Below, piece after piece: positions 27,760 through 35,502 of a stretch of DNA of 35,502 bases. Position numbers and translations under genes: made by a program. Source of the stretch: a virus (taxonomy: Duplodnaviria; Caudoviricetes); IMG/VR virus record IMGVR_UViG_3300005739_000402, positions 1-35,502 of that record. One strand, given 5' to 3'. Numbering within the stretch: position 1 is the stretch's first letter; each line of letters starts with the position of its first letter. The notes under the pieces are model-generated. The model was not told the DNA's origin, did no database searches, and was given only the letters and a program-made list of their open reading frames with translations.

Positions 27760-28029
27760 ATGACCACTCAAACTGCACCCGCTAAGCCCGTTCGCACTGA
27801 AACTTGGCAAGATAAAAAAAAGGGATTGTCAACTCGAAAAGACTTTGTAATGCAAACCCCCATTACCTGTGGAACCTGCCTTCAAACACAAATCTCCATT
27901 TACACCTATGGAAATGGAGAAGAGCAAGCCTACATTGATTACGGCTCTAATACTCCCTTCTTTTGCAGCGTGGAATACGCAAGGGACGTTGCGAAAAGCC
28001 AGCTAGAAGCCGGATACAAATTCATCTAG
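27760..28029 (+). CDS. hypothetical protein
   Basis: ATG after GAGGA, downstream of promoter copy 1; followed by a terminator. Confidence 0.65.
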   Translation: MTTQTAPAKPVRTETWQDKKKGLSTRKDFVMQTPITCGTCLQTQISIYTYGNGEEQAYIDYGSNTPFFCSVEYARDVAKSQLEAGYKFI

Positions 28030-28041
28030 TACGCTACACTC

Positions 28042-28067
28042 GCCCCTCCCTTGAGGGGCTTTTTATT
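28042..28067 (+). terminator. intrinsic terminator
   Basis: GCCCCTC-CCTT-GAGGGGC followed by TTTTTATT. Confidence 0.8.
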
Positions 28068-28105
28068 GGCCTCTGTATCGCCAGGTACACCCCGATATTC
28101 CCCCC

Positions 28106-28411
28106 ATGCTACCCTGGGCAAAACTCTGGGTATCCACCATGCGACGATGCACCCTTTGCACGGCGGTTCACGATCCGGTTCAGCAGCGTTTCATCGTAAG
28201 CCACGGCCCGACGATAGATGAACTTACGTTCAACAGTCGATGTTGCCACTATGCCAGACAGCGGGGCCGAGAGGGGTGCATCAACCCGTGCAGGGTAGTT
28301 GACCAACGCGAGACGTTAGAGGGGCGCATGGCAGGGCTAGAAGCCACTATCGCAGCCATGCACCCAGAGGTGAGAGAATGCCTAGTTAGTTCTACCCCTG
28401 TTGAGCCATGA
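28106..28411 (+). CDS. Cys-rich hypothetical protein
   Basis: CTLC...RCC...GCINP; start may be at MRRC. Confidence 0.55.
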   Translation: MLPWAKLWVSTMRRCTLCTAVHDPVQQRFIVSHGPTIDELTFNSRCCHYARQRGREGCINPCRVVDQRETLEGRMAGLEATIAAMHPEVRECLVSSTPVEP

Positions 28412-28680
28412 CCCTACCCCCAACCCTGTTCTACCTGGCAGACCGTCACGACCGTTTTCGGTTGATGGCAGATGGCACGATCAACGCTGCCAACGATGGG
28501 ACGCCCTGGTATTTCACTACGGTTGAAGCCGCCCTCGATCATCCCGAAGCGGTGGGGCTGCGCGTGTTCCCTGTGCCGACCGTTGAAACTATCCCCGGTG
28601 CCCCCGTCGGAACACGCCTAGAGGATGCCGTAGACGCGGACGCCACCATCGCCAGGGCTACGGCTGGAGCACTGGTGTAG
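28408..28680 (+). CDS. hypothetical protein
   Basis: ATGA-coupled 90-aa ORF. Confidence 0.6.
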   Translation: MTLPPTLFYLADRHDRFRLMADGTINAANDGTPWYFTTVEAALDHPEAVGLRVFPVPTVETIPGAPVGTRLEDAVDADATIARATAGALV

Positions 28681-28740
28681 AGCCCCAACCGGAAAGGATT
28701 GCTTGATGGTTGCCCCGGCTACGGTTAGGGGCTTTTTCTT

Positions 28741-28799
28741 GTGTGCCAGTAGAATGTGACACTAATTGCTTGACATTGTGCAGTCAAGTGAGGCATTAT
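28741..28799 (+). promoter_or_regulatory. promoter cassette copy 2
   Basis: GTGTGCCAGT box, TTGACA-N18-CATTAT, same spacer; preceded by a terminator-like GGGGCTTTTTCTT. Confidence 0.75.
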
Positions 28800-28834
28800 G
28801 AAGGGGTAAGCAAAACACACCGAGGGCAAACCCC

Positions 28835-29005
28835 ATGAACATGACCACCGACGAAATGCGCCAGCTCGCGGAAATCCAAGCGATGGTTGCCCAGTTCCGC
28901 CAAACCGCAGGCTACGATGCCGTGGAACAAATGGCAATGTACATGGAAGACACCGCAGCCACCTTCCAGGAAGAACTCGAAGCCTGGGAGGACGACGAAG
29001 AATAA
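28835..29005 (+). CDS. small acidic protein (56 aa, not in ORF track)
   Basis: MNMTTDEMRQL...EELEAWEDDEE*; same leader as the gene at 27760. Confidence 0.65.
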   Translation: MNMTTDEMRQLAEIQAMVAQFRQTAGYDAVEQMAMYMEDTAATFQEELEAWEDDEE

Positions 29006-29074
29006 GTACTCCGTCCCGCCTTCGGGGCACCCTCCCCACCTCAGCCCAGTCCACTACATCAACACCTACCCACC

Positions 29075-29332
29075 ATGTCCATGTCTTTCTCTAACTCTCA
29101 ATCCTTCGCATCATTCGGCGGTTCTTTCAACCCCAGCCCAGAATGGCTCCAAACCGAAGAGGCTTGCCGGGAAGCCGGACGCCGTTGGGCCATGGCAGGC
29201 AACACCAAACTACCCGTACACACCATGGTCGCGGGCAGGGACGTTCAGATCGTCCGCTCTCGCCATGAATGGGCACAAGCTTTTATAAGCGGCTGGCGGG
29301 CCGCTGGCAAGGGCACCAAGCCCGTTCTGTAA
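29075..29332 (+). CDS. hypothetical protein
   Basis: 85-aa ORF followed by a terminator. Confidence 0.6.
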   Translation: MSMSFSNSQSFASFGGSFNPSPEWLQTEEACREAGRRWAMAGNTKLPVHTMVAGRDVQIVRSRHEWAQAFISGWRAAGKGTKPVL

Positions 29333-29352
29333 CCCGCTTCTCCACCCTATCG

Positions 29353-29374
29353 CCCCGGCATGACCGGGGTTTTT
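29353..29374 (+). terminator. intrinsic terminator
   Basis: CCCCGG-CATGA-CCGGGG followed by TTTTT. Confidence 0.7.
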
Positions 29375-29377
29375 GCT

Positions 29378-29602
29378 ATGGCTAAACACAATCCACCCTG
29401 CCCACACTGCGGGGGCAACCTGAACAAAGCAGGCATCACCGTGGCGGGTTTTCAGCGCTGGCGGTGCCGCCCTTGCAGGTATTACACCACAGACACCCCC
29501 AACAGCCACGGGGGCCACCGACACGGTGCCGTCGGGGGTACGCCTGCCAACGTCAGGGCCAGACGCTCTGAAGCCCGCAGAAGAGGCCAAGCCAATCCCT
29601 AG
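29378..29602 (+). CDS. zinc-ribbon protein (InsA N-terminal-like)
   Basis: CPHCGG..NKAG....FQRWRCRPC with a basic tail. Confidence 0.55.
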   Translation: MAKHNPPCPHCGGNLNKAGITVAGFQRWRCRPCRYYTTDTPNSHGGHRHGAVGGTPANVRARRSEARRRGQANP

Positions 29603-29627
29603 AGCACAACACAGCCACAATCCCCAG

Positions 29628-29659
29628 AGCCACCCATCAAAAAACTAGGGTGGCTTTTT
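29628..29659 (+). terminator. intrinsic terminator
   Basis: AGCCACCC...GGGTGGCT followed by TTTT. Confidence 0.65.
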
Positions 29660-29944
29660 GCTGCCTAAAAGATGCTGCTTTCAAAACAGAACAAATATCT
29701 AAAAGTTTGTGTACGGAATCTATCAGAAACCTGCGGGTATAAAATTTGACACCAAAACACCGAAATACGTAGAAGTGTATGCCAGTACTAGTGTGTTTTC
29801 ACAATACTTTCTGGAATTGGCACAAGTACACCAGTATCTACATTTTTCAAACGGTAGCGTACGCTACAAACTGTGATTTTGACAGGAATCGCTGAAACGC
29901 TTACCAGGTAGGGCTTTCGGCAATTTTGACGCTCCGTCAGAACA

Positions 29945-30324
29945 CTTGTCCTACCACGAAAGGATCGAAAAAAAGGTGGGGTACTCAAAGCCTTACGTAG
30001 CAATGGTTTAAGGCGGTAGTACGTATGTCTTCCCAAGGAAGGAAAATTGCTTCCGTGGGGGACTCTAATCCTTATATATCAGTATCTTTCCCTTTGGAAA
30101 GTGGCTTTCCCCACCAAAATTAGGGGGGTAGAGATTTTTTGTACGCTATAAAAAAAACAGCCTTTTGAAAATCCCAACTGTCACATACCCCCAAAAAATG
30201 TCGATTTTTTGTGGAACAAGCGACCCCGCCTTTCGGTGGGAACGTGGTAGTACAAATGTAACGCCTTGCCCTGTAAGGCTTAGAGTTCCCCACCTTTTGT
30301 AATTTGCTTCCGTGGTAGGACAGG
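29945..30324. repeat. ~65-bp imperfect inverted repeats in an AT-rich non-coding region
   Basis: CTTGTCCTACCACGAAAG..AAAAGGTGGGGTACTCAAAGCCTTAC (29945-) versus GTAAGGCTTAGAGTTCCCCACCTTTT..CTTCCGTGGTAGGACAGG (-30324). Confidence 0.75.
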
Positions 30325-30407
30325 CATACTACCAAAATAAAAACCCGTGCGATTGACGCGCACGGGCTTAGGAAAATGCATTTTTGTGGGTGGCTGTTTG
30401 GTTGGTA

Positions 30408-30875
30408 TTAGTGGCAGCTAAACCGAGCCGAAAAGCTTTTGGGCTTCCAGTCGATACCCGTGGAGAGCCGACCGATTTGGCCAGCGTCTAGGCGGGGTAA
30501 AAAGTCGTTACCCCAGTCCTCGACAGCATTGGTGTTTGGGTCAGTCCATTGCACCTCCATGTAAACGCCATTGCGACAGGTGACTGAGGGCATGATCTCG
30601 AAGTCAGCACAGTAGAGCCGTCCATCACAGCTAGGGCTTTGCCGCTGTTTGTAGGCTAGGCGTTGGCCCTGGTCGGTAACGTATAGGTTCCACCCGTCGG
30701 GGGGTTGCCATTGGGCCTGTGGTGTCGGGGTGGGGCTAGGTGTCGGGGTGGGAGCCGGAACAGGAGTGGAAGCTGTGGGCGGTGGGGAGGTTGGCTCTGG
30801 GGTGGTGGGGGTAACGGTGCCACCGCAGGCCGTCAGCAGGGATAGCGCGGCGAGAAGGGGTAGTGCGAGCTTTAT
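30408..30875 (-). CDS. lipoprotein with Pro/Thr linker (ATA at the start position)
   Basis: [ATA]KLALPLLAALSLLTACGG lipobox, open frame into the tracked ORF 30408..30593; in-frame TAG shortly upstream. Confidence 0.65.
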   Translation of the reverse strand: MKLALPLLAALSLLTACGGTVTPTTPEPTSPPPTASTPVPAPTPTPSPTPTPQAQWQPPDGWNLYVTDQGQRLAYKQRQSPSCDGRLYCADFEIMPSVTCRNGVYMEVQWTDPNTNAVEDWGNDFLPRLDAGQIGRLSTGIDWKPKSFSARFSCH

Positions 30876-30911
30876 AGGGGGAGTTGGAAAGGGACACCCC
30901 TATTGTGCCCA

Positions 30912-31165
30912 TAAGAAATCCCCGCTCAGGTGCTCCACTAGGGGCCATGGCGGGGATCCGAGTTTGGTGGGTGCTCTCCCAGGGCGCTTTTTACCAGGTT
31001 CCCAACTGGGGTCAGTTGTAACGGCACTCCGACCGGCAGGCCTCTTTGTTGATAACCCAGGCGCTGCATCACTGGGGCTTCACCGGACAGGGCGGGCTAG
31101 ATTCATCACCTCCCCCCTACCTTTCGCTAACGTCGGCGGCGGGGTTCCGATCTCCTGTCCTCCAC
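30912..31165 (-). ncRNA. putative structured non-coding RNA (~250 nt)
   Basis: Lies between promoter copy 3 and a terminator-like ATCCCCGC/GCGGGGAT stem; no credible ORF; stems GGACAGG/CCTGTCC, CCCAG/CTGGG and GGTGG/CCACC. Confidence 0.5.
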
Positions 31166-31171
31166 CCCTAT

Positions 31172-31250
31172 ATAATGCCCCATTTGACCGCACGTGTCAA
31201 GTGGTTTTGAAAAATTTTTCCAAAAAAAGTGTCACACGGCACTGGCACAC
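31172..31250 (-). promoter_or_regulatory. promoter cassette copy 3
   Basis: Minus strand: GTGTGCCAGT box, TTGACA-N17-CATTAT, spacer GTGCGGTCAAATGGGG. Confidence 0.75.
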
Positions 31251-31386
31251 GCCTATAAGTTGTTTCGTAGGGTGCTTCTAGTGGGGTATTGTGCCCAGTT
31301 GAGGGACGCCACAAGGGAACCCTAGGGGATTTCTGTTGGGGCCGTGGTGAAAGCTAGGATAGGGGCATGAGTTTTGGTGCTGACCT

Positions 31387-31773
31387 ATGCCCCTGCTGAA
31401 CCCATTGAATGTGCCCACGACAGCGTTGACCTTTACTCGCCTTTCGACGGCTACAGAGGATGTAGACGAGCTGGGAAATCCGGTGCTGACCAGCACGACG
31501 GTGACGGTTCAGGGTGTGGTGACGCCCCTGGGGAGCAATCGGCTATCAGACTTGGCCCCCATTGTGGGCGTGGAGGGCACTGGCATCCCGGTCAAGGTGA
31601 GGGTGGCGGCGTGGCCTAGTGGCGTGGGTGCGGGGGCAGCGGTGGCCAGCCTGACCTACAACGGACGACCCGCCACGATCCGCCTAGCCCCAATTCGAGA
31701 GGCCAGTGCAGCAGCGGCCAAAGTGGCGGCTAACTTGGGGGTTAGTGCTGAGGGGGTGCTGGTGTATAGCTAG
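31387..31773 (+). CDS. head closure/head-tail joining protein (putative)
   Basis: DELGNPV motif, size and position. Confidence 0.6.
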   Translation: MPLLNPLNVPTTALTFTRLSTATEDVDELGNPVLTSTTVTVQGVVTPLGSNRLSDLAPIVGVEGTGIPVKVRVAAWPSGVGAGAAVASLTYNGRPATIRLAPIREASAAAAKVAANLGVSAEGVLVYS

Positions 31774-32198
31774 TTGCCCCATGGAGAGCTAGGGGCATCA
31801 AATACTCTATTGAGCCTTGCCTTTTCTATGTTTATTAGCGCGTCCTGCCATAGTTCTACGGCATGGCGCATTGCGGATGAAGGGGTATCCCCATAGCCAA
31901 CCGATACTTTCCCATCGCTCCCAATTCCAAATGGGCTATTTTTCACTAAAATAACGGGATCGACAATGTCCTCATCATCGCGTAGGAGCCAATGAGATTG
32001 TAGAGTTGTTTGTCTTACGAAAGACGTAAAAGTGTCTTTTCCCTCATAGGCATCATACGAATCTTTTGGATTGTTGAATGCGTCTGATGGATAAATTACC
32101 GCAACAAATGTGTTCAACTCCTTGCAAGGCAACAACTTAATAGAATCGAAATCTTCGATTGAAACAGGGGACAATCCTGGAAATAATATTCTGGCCAT
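31770..32198 (-). CDS. hypothetical protein with HicB-like C-terminal motif
   Basis: VGYGDTPSSAMRHAVE; AT-richer than its flanks. Confidence 0.55.
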   Translation of the reverse strand: MARILFPGLSPVSIEDFDSIKLLPCKELNTFVAVIYPSDAFNNPKDSYDAYEGKDTFTSFVRQTTLQSHWLLRDDEDIVDPVILVKNSPFGIGSDGKVSVGYGDTPSSAMRHAVELWQDALINIEKARLNRVFDAPSSPWGN

Positions 32199-32522
32199 CT
32201 ATCTCTCCCACTTCTCCCTAGATACCTTATAGGGCTGGCTATTCAACGCCACCCCAATCGTGACCCAATCCCCGCCATCGACAAACCCCACGCTGACGAT
32301 CTCATCGGGTGTGATGAGTAGTTCTGGCTTGAGGCGGCGCAATACCCGATAGGCGTGGGCCTGTTGTTGTTGCCAGGTGGTTTGGGCCATGTGCCGTTCA
32401 TGGGCTTCTAGGATGCAGCGCTCCACGGCCTGGTAACGGGCACGATGACCCCAGAGTTGCTGCAGGCTATCGAGCCGTTCAATGATGGCAGGGGCAACGG
32501 TGCAGCGTAAATCTGAGGCCAT
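32199..32522 (-). CDS. putative ribbon-helix-helix DNA-binding protein
   Basis: LRCTVAPAIIERLDSLQQLWGHRARYQAVERCI. Confidence 0.55.
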   Translation of the reverse strand: MASDLRCTVAPAIIERLDSLQQLWGHRARYQAVERCILEAHERHMAQTTWQQQQAHAYRVLRRLKPELLITPDEIVSVGFVDGGDWVTIGVALNSQPYKVSREKWER

Positions 32523-32625
32523 CCTAAACCCTTGGCAACCTACCCCCAGTGTATCCCATGGTTTAGGAAATAAGGGCTAACGGGGACGGCTATAGCGACG
32601 ATAGGGATAGCGCTGTGGTGTTCCC

Positions 32626-33027
32626 TTGGCAGGCATTGTTAACCCTGGTCAGACGATCCGCGCCCTTGAGCAGATTGGGCTAAGGGCGATGGAAGGCGTC
32701 GTCCCTGCATTCGACTCGGCATTAACGCAGGCCATATCCGCACGGGTTTACCAATGGCCGAATCGAACGGTACGCCGCAACGGGCGAACGGTAGGTAGCC
32801 CCCGCGACATCATCGACACGGGGGAACTAGACAGCAGCCAACAGTTGACTCGTGAGAGTCGTTTTGTGTGGCGGTGGGATTGGACAGCGGCCCATGCCCT
32901 GTTTGTGCATGAGGGCGTGACATTGCGGAACGGGACTGAGCTGCCCGCACGACGGTGGACAGTCCGAGCGGTGGAACAGTTTAAGCCCGTCGCCAAGTTT
33001 GCCAAGGAGGTTAGGAAAAATGTCTAG
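32626..33027 (+). CDS. neck/tail-completion protein (HK97 gp10-like)
   Basis: RDIIDTGELDSS, ALFVHEG and PARRW motifs. Confidence 0.75.
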   Translation: MAGIVNPGQTIRALEQIGLRAMEGVVPAFDSALTQAISARVYQWPNRTVRRNGRTVGSPRDIIDTGELDSSQQLTRESRFVWRWDWTAAHALFVHEGVTLRNGTELPARRWTVRAVEQFKPVAKFAKEVRKNV

Positions 33028-33469
33028 CCTCCTGACAGAACTCGATATCCGATCTCTGGTATCCACCGCACTAACGGGCATGGTGGGAACCTACACCTAC
33101 AGCAATGGAGCCACCGAGGCCGCTCTGAAAGCGACCGATGGGGCGTACCGTGGCACGGGCCACCCCTGGGCATTTGGGCCTGAGGTGCCTAAGGTGACGG
33201 GCCTGGAAGTGCTGATTGAGTTGGACGTGGAAACGCCAGAGTATCAGCCCTACATGGGTAGTGATTATTGGATTCGGCGTAGGGCCAGAGTGACCCTAAA
33301 GCAACACACCATTACGTCCACGGTTCGCACCGCTGCGCGGGCCTTGGTCAAAGCGCTCAACCGACCCGACATTGTGGGCCTAGAGATTGGCCCACGGGTG
33401 AGCCGGGATTCTCGTGTGGACAACATTGAGACCCAATCGTTTTCGTTTCTGTACTCAACGGAGGATTAA
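33020..33469 (+). CDS. tail terminator-like protein
   Basis: AAGGAGG upstream; lies just before the tail tube gene. Confidence 0.6.
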   Translation: MSSLLTELDIRSLVSTALTGMVGTYTYSNGATEAALKATDGAYRGTGHPWAFGPEVPKVTGLEVLIELDVETPEYQPYMGSDYWIRRRARVTLKQHTITSTVRTAARALVKALNRPDIVGLEIGPRVSRDSRVDNIETQSFSFLYSTED

Positions 33470-33472
33470 CCT

Positions 33473-34204
33473 ATGCCTGGTGCTGCTTCTGGAACTGTTC
33501 TCGCCACCCCTGATGCCCGTACACGGGAAATGTATGTGGCCATCGTTCCTAACGATACGACCCCTACGGCCCTGCCCGAACCTGTCAACATTGTGTGCAA
33601 CGAACCGACGACGGGGCTACCCGCCTCGGCTACGGCAGCGGCAATGGACATTGACAGTGTGAGCCTACCGATCTCCATTCAAGTTGGCCAACGCCTTGAG
33701 TTCAAAAATGCCAGCGGTACCTACCTATTTGAAGTGACGACGGTAGCGCCCTCTGGCACAACTACCACCATTACCGGGATTGCCCGTGAGGGGATTCCTG
33801 ATAATGCCGTGGCTAAGTTTCCAACCCGCCTAGGCTTGGTGCTGAACATCGACACCAGCGAGACCACGGGCACCTCTACGTTCTCCACCTTCGACCATGA
33901 CGGAACCTCTGAGGTAGCGCGGGGTGAAGGTGAGCAGTCGATTACCAGTGCGGCGGGGGCCAGCTACTATAATGCGGGCCTAGAGACCATCATCTATGCC
34001 CAGCGCAACGGGGTAGACATCTGCTGGATTATTGAGCAGCCCAACCCCGACGGGGACGCCTTTAGCAAGCCTCCCTACGAATGGGGCGTCGGCGTGGTCA
34101 ATGACGTTAGCTCTAGTGGTGGCGTGAACGACAAACTACAGCGCAGCCTAGGGATTAGCGTTAAGGGTGGCATCAAGTATGCAGCCCCGGTGAAGGCAGC
34201 GTAA
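33473..34204 (+). CDS. major tail (tube) protein
   Basis: Size, beta-rich composition and position before the chaperones. Confidence 0.7.
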   Translation: MPGAASGTVLATPDARTREMYVAIVPNDTTPTALPEPVNIVCNEPTTGLPASATAAAMDIDSVSLPISIQVGQRLEFKNASGTYLFEVTTVAPSGTTTTITGIAREGIPDNAVAKFPTRLGLVLNIDTSETTGTSTFSTFDHDGTSEVARGEGEQSITSAAGASYYNAGLETIIYAQRNGVDICWIIEQPNPDGDAFSKPPYEWGVGVVNDVSSSGGVNDKLQRSLGISVKGGIKYAAPVKAA

Positions 34205-34205
34205 C

Positions 34206-34469
34206 GTGTTCCCCTGCTTTAGAAACCTAGATGTGGTGGCGATTGTGTGCGAGGTGGAGGGGGATACCCTGACGGCTCGATGGGTGCAGTTGCATCCGGC
34301 CAAATTCGCCACCCTACTAGGGACGGAACAAACCCTAGTACAACCCAAGACCGTAGACGGGATAACCGTTACGGTGCGAGTCCCTGAAGACCTTACCCCC
34401 GTGCATACCGATGTCAGATTCCCCATTGTTACCCTGGATCTCCGAACCGGGAAAAGTGCCACTAACTGA
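34206..34469 (+). CDS. hypothetical protein
   Basis: 87-aa ORF in the tail operon. Confidence 0.55.
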   Translation: MFPCFRNLDVVAIVCEVEGDTLTARWVQLHPAKFATLLGTEQTLVQPKTVDGITVTVRVPEDLTPVHTDVRFPIVTLDLRTGKSATN

Positions 34470-35010
34470 AACCCTAACCGACCCGGTGAGCGAGGCCAGC
34501 ATTACCCTGCCTCGTTTCAATGGCCTGACGGTGAATGAAGTGATGTTCCTGAATTGGGCAGCGGAAAACCTACCCAACCTAAATAAGGGGTTGAGCAATG
34601 CTCCAACGGTGGTTACTGAACTAACTCAGTTCTGCCATTGCTTTCTATGCCTAAGGTTAGAAAAGGCAGATTGGAACATTGACCAACTGGTGTTTGAGGG
34701 GCCAGAGCTGAAGCCCTCGCAAACCTTGAAGATGCCTGATGGTCGGTCAATCCCGCTCTATTTGATGTATCTGGTTTATGGCTTTGCGGTGGATGAGGAA
34801 AGCCGCTGGCTGGGAAAGCAGAACCCCCAGATGCTAGCAGCGGTGCGGGATGTAATCACGCAATCGATTGGCAACGAGTCTGGGGAACCCTCTATTGGAA
34901 ACTTCAACGAGAGTTCCCAGGACACCCCCGATTCAGTGGGCGGGCCTTTGGTCGTTGCCCCGTCTACATCATCAACGCCGCGATCCAAAACATCCAAGAA
35001 AGCCGCCTAA
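34456..35010 (+). CDS. tail assembly chaperone (gpG-like)
   Basis: Between tube and tape measure; contains G GGA AAG at 34812-34818. Start is GTG 34456 or ATG 34411. Confidence 0.7.
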   Translation: MPLTETLTDPVSEASITLPRFNGLTVNEVMFLNWAAENLPNLNKGLSNAPTVVTELTQFCHCFLCLRLEKADWNIDQLVFEGPELKPSQTLKMPDGRSIPLYLMYLVYGFAVDEESRWLGKQNPQMLAAVRDVITQSIGNESGEPSIGNFNESSQDTPDSVGGPLVVAPSTSSTPRSKTSKKAA

Positions 35011-35258
35011 CCGAACTCAGGGAAAACAACCGAGTACTGGCCAATATCGGTTATGTCTACCTGGTGAGTAAGGGGGCCAAGAATGTAGACCGCAATGCGC
35101 TCAATGATTGGGATACCATTGCCGCGATTGAGGAAGCTAGGGAGTCTGTACCCAAGGTCGTTGCTGAAACCTGGATGGAACTAAACCGCAAGGGTGCCCT
35201 ACCGACCTGGGCTATTGAGCAGATTAATGTGAAGACCATGGAGCTTGCCACGCTATGA
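34812..35258 (+). CDS. tail assembly chaperone -1 frameshift extension (gpT-like)
   Basis: The -1 frame is open from GGGAAAG through IDWQRVWGTLYWKLQ... to TGA 35258, which overlaps the tape-measure ATG. Confidence 0.8.
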   Translation, partial: GKAEPPDASSGAGCNHAIDWQRVWGTLYWKLQREFPGHPRFSGRAFGRCPVYIINAAIQNIQESRLTELRENNRVLANIGYVYLVSKGAKNVDRNALNDWDTIAAIEEARESVPKVVAETWMELNRKGALPTWAIEQINVKTMELATL

Positions 35259-35502
35259 CCAACGTAGGACAAGTCAGCTTCAAGATGGTGCTAGACACCT
35301 CAAACCTACGCGGGGAGGTGGCTAGGGTTAATGCGCTGTTGACGCGGCAAGCGATTAAGATCCCCGTTCAATTAGAGACAGGCCAACTTAAGGCGCAGCT
35401 TGCCCAGATTGCCAAAGAGGCACGGTCGATTAGGATTCCGGTGCAGGCGACTGGGGTAGCCCCTCGTGGGGGTGTGTCCGCCCCCGCTGGCCCGTCTCGG
35501 TT
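35255..35502 (+). CDS. tape measure protein, N-terminus (truncated by window edge)
   Basis: MTNVGQVSFKMVLDTSNLRGE..., directly after the G/GT chaperones. Confidence 0.75.
   Translation, partial: MTNVGQVSFKMVLDTSNLRGEVARVNALLTRQAIKIPVQLETGQLKAQLAQIAKEARSIRIPVQATGVAPRGGVSAPAGPSR

Noticed and set aside
29378-29602. IS1 element
   Set aside because: Only a zinc ribbon is present; no DDE/InsB frame or terminal inverted repeats were seen.
27630-31250. CRISPR array or mini-array from the repeated GTGTGCCAGT/promoter sequences
   Set aside because: Copies are 1-2.5 kb apart, one is inverted, and they contain -35/-10 elements; there is no repeat-spacer periodicity.
30730-31281. 183-aa plus-strand ORF
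   Set aside because: It is the antisense of the Pro/Thr lipoprotein stalk and runs through the putative RNA and promoter.

Overview
Fragment of a tailed dsDNA phage or prophage. The tube, G/GT chaperone and tape-measure layout looks siphovirus-like, and the host is probably a cyanobacterium, judged only from the look of its dCTP deaminase. From left to right: the 3' end of a PAPS-reductase/DndC-like gene, an FHA membrane protein, a tail-fibre module, dcd, a 7-deazaguanine (preQ0) DNA-modification cluster (queE-queD-folE-queC, a DpdA/TGT-like gene, ParB-like gene), terminase, and a much expanded head module. An accessory island with three copies of a promoter cassette follows, then neck and tail genes up to the start of the tape measure. 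Two candidate novel systems stand out. (1) A polymorphic capsid-cargo effector family: four head-module proteins, one of them the portal, share a ~70-aa domain, an R-x-D site and a Lys-rich C-x2-G-x2-CGM-x-CI-x(n)-C motif. They end in different enzymes (protein kinase, GNAT-like, HExxH peptidase, GNAT), and each is followed by a small partner ORF or domain. (2) The DpdA-like enzyme carries three tandem divergent copies of its N-terminal ~48-aa module. A fourth, unannotated copy sits between folE and queC and is out of frame at a G10 tract, suggesting phase-variable modular DNA modification. All family assignments come from motif recognition by eye; no database search was run.
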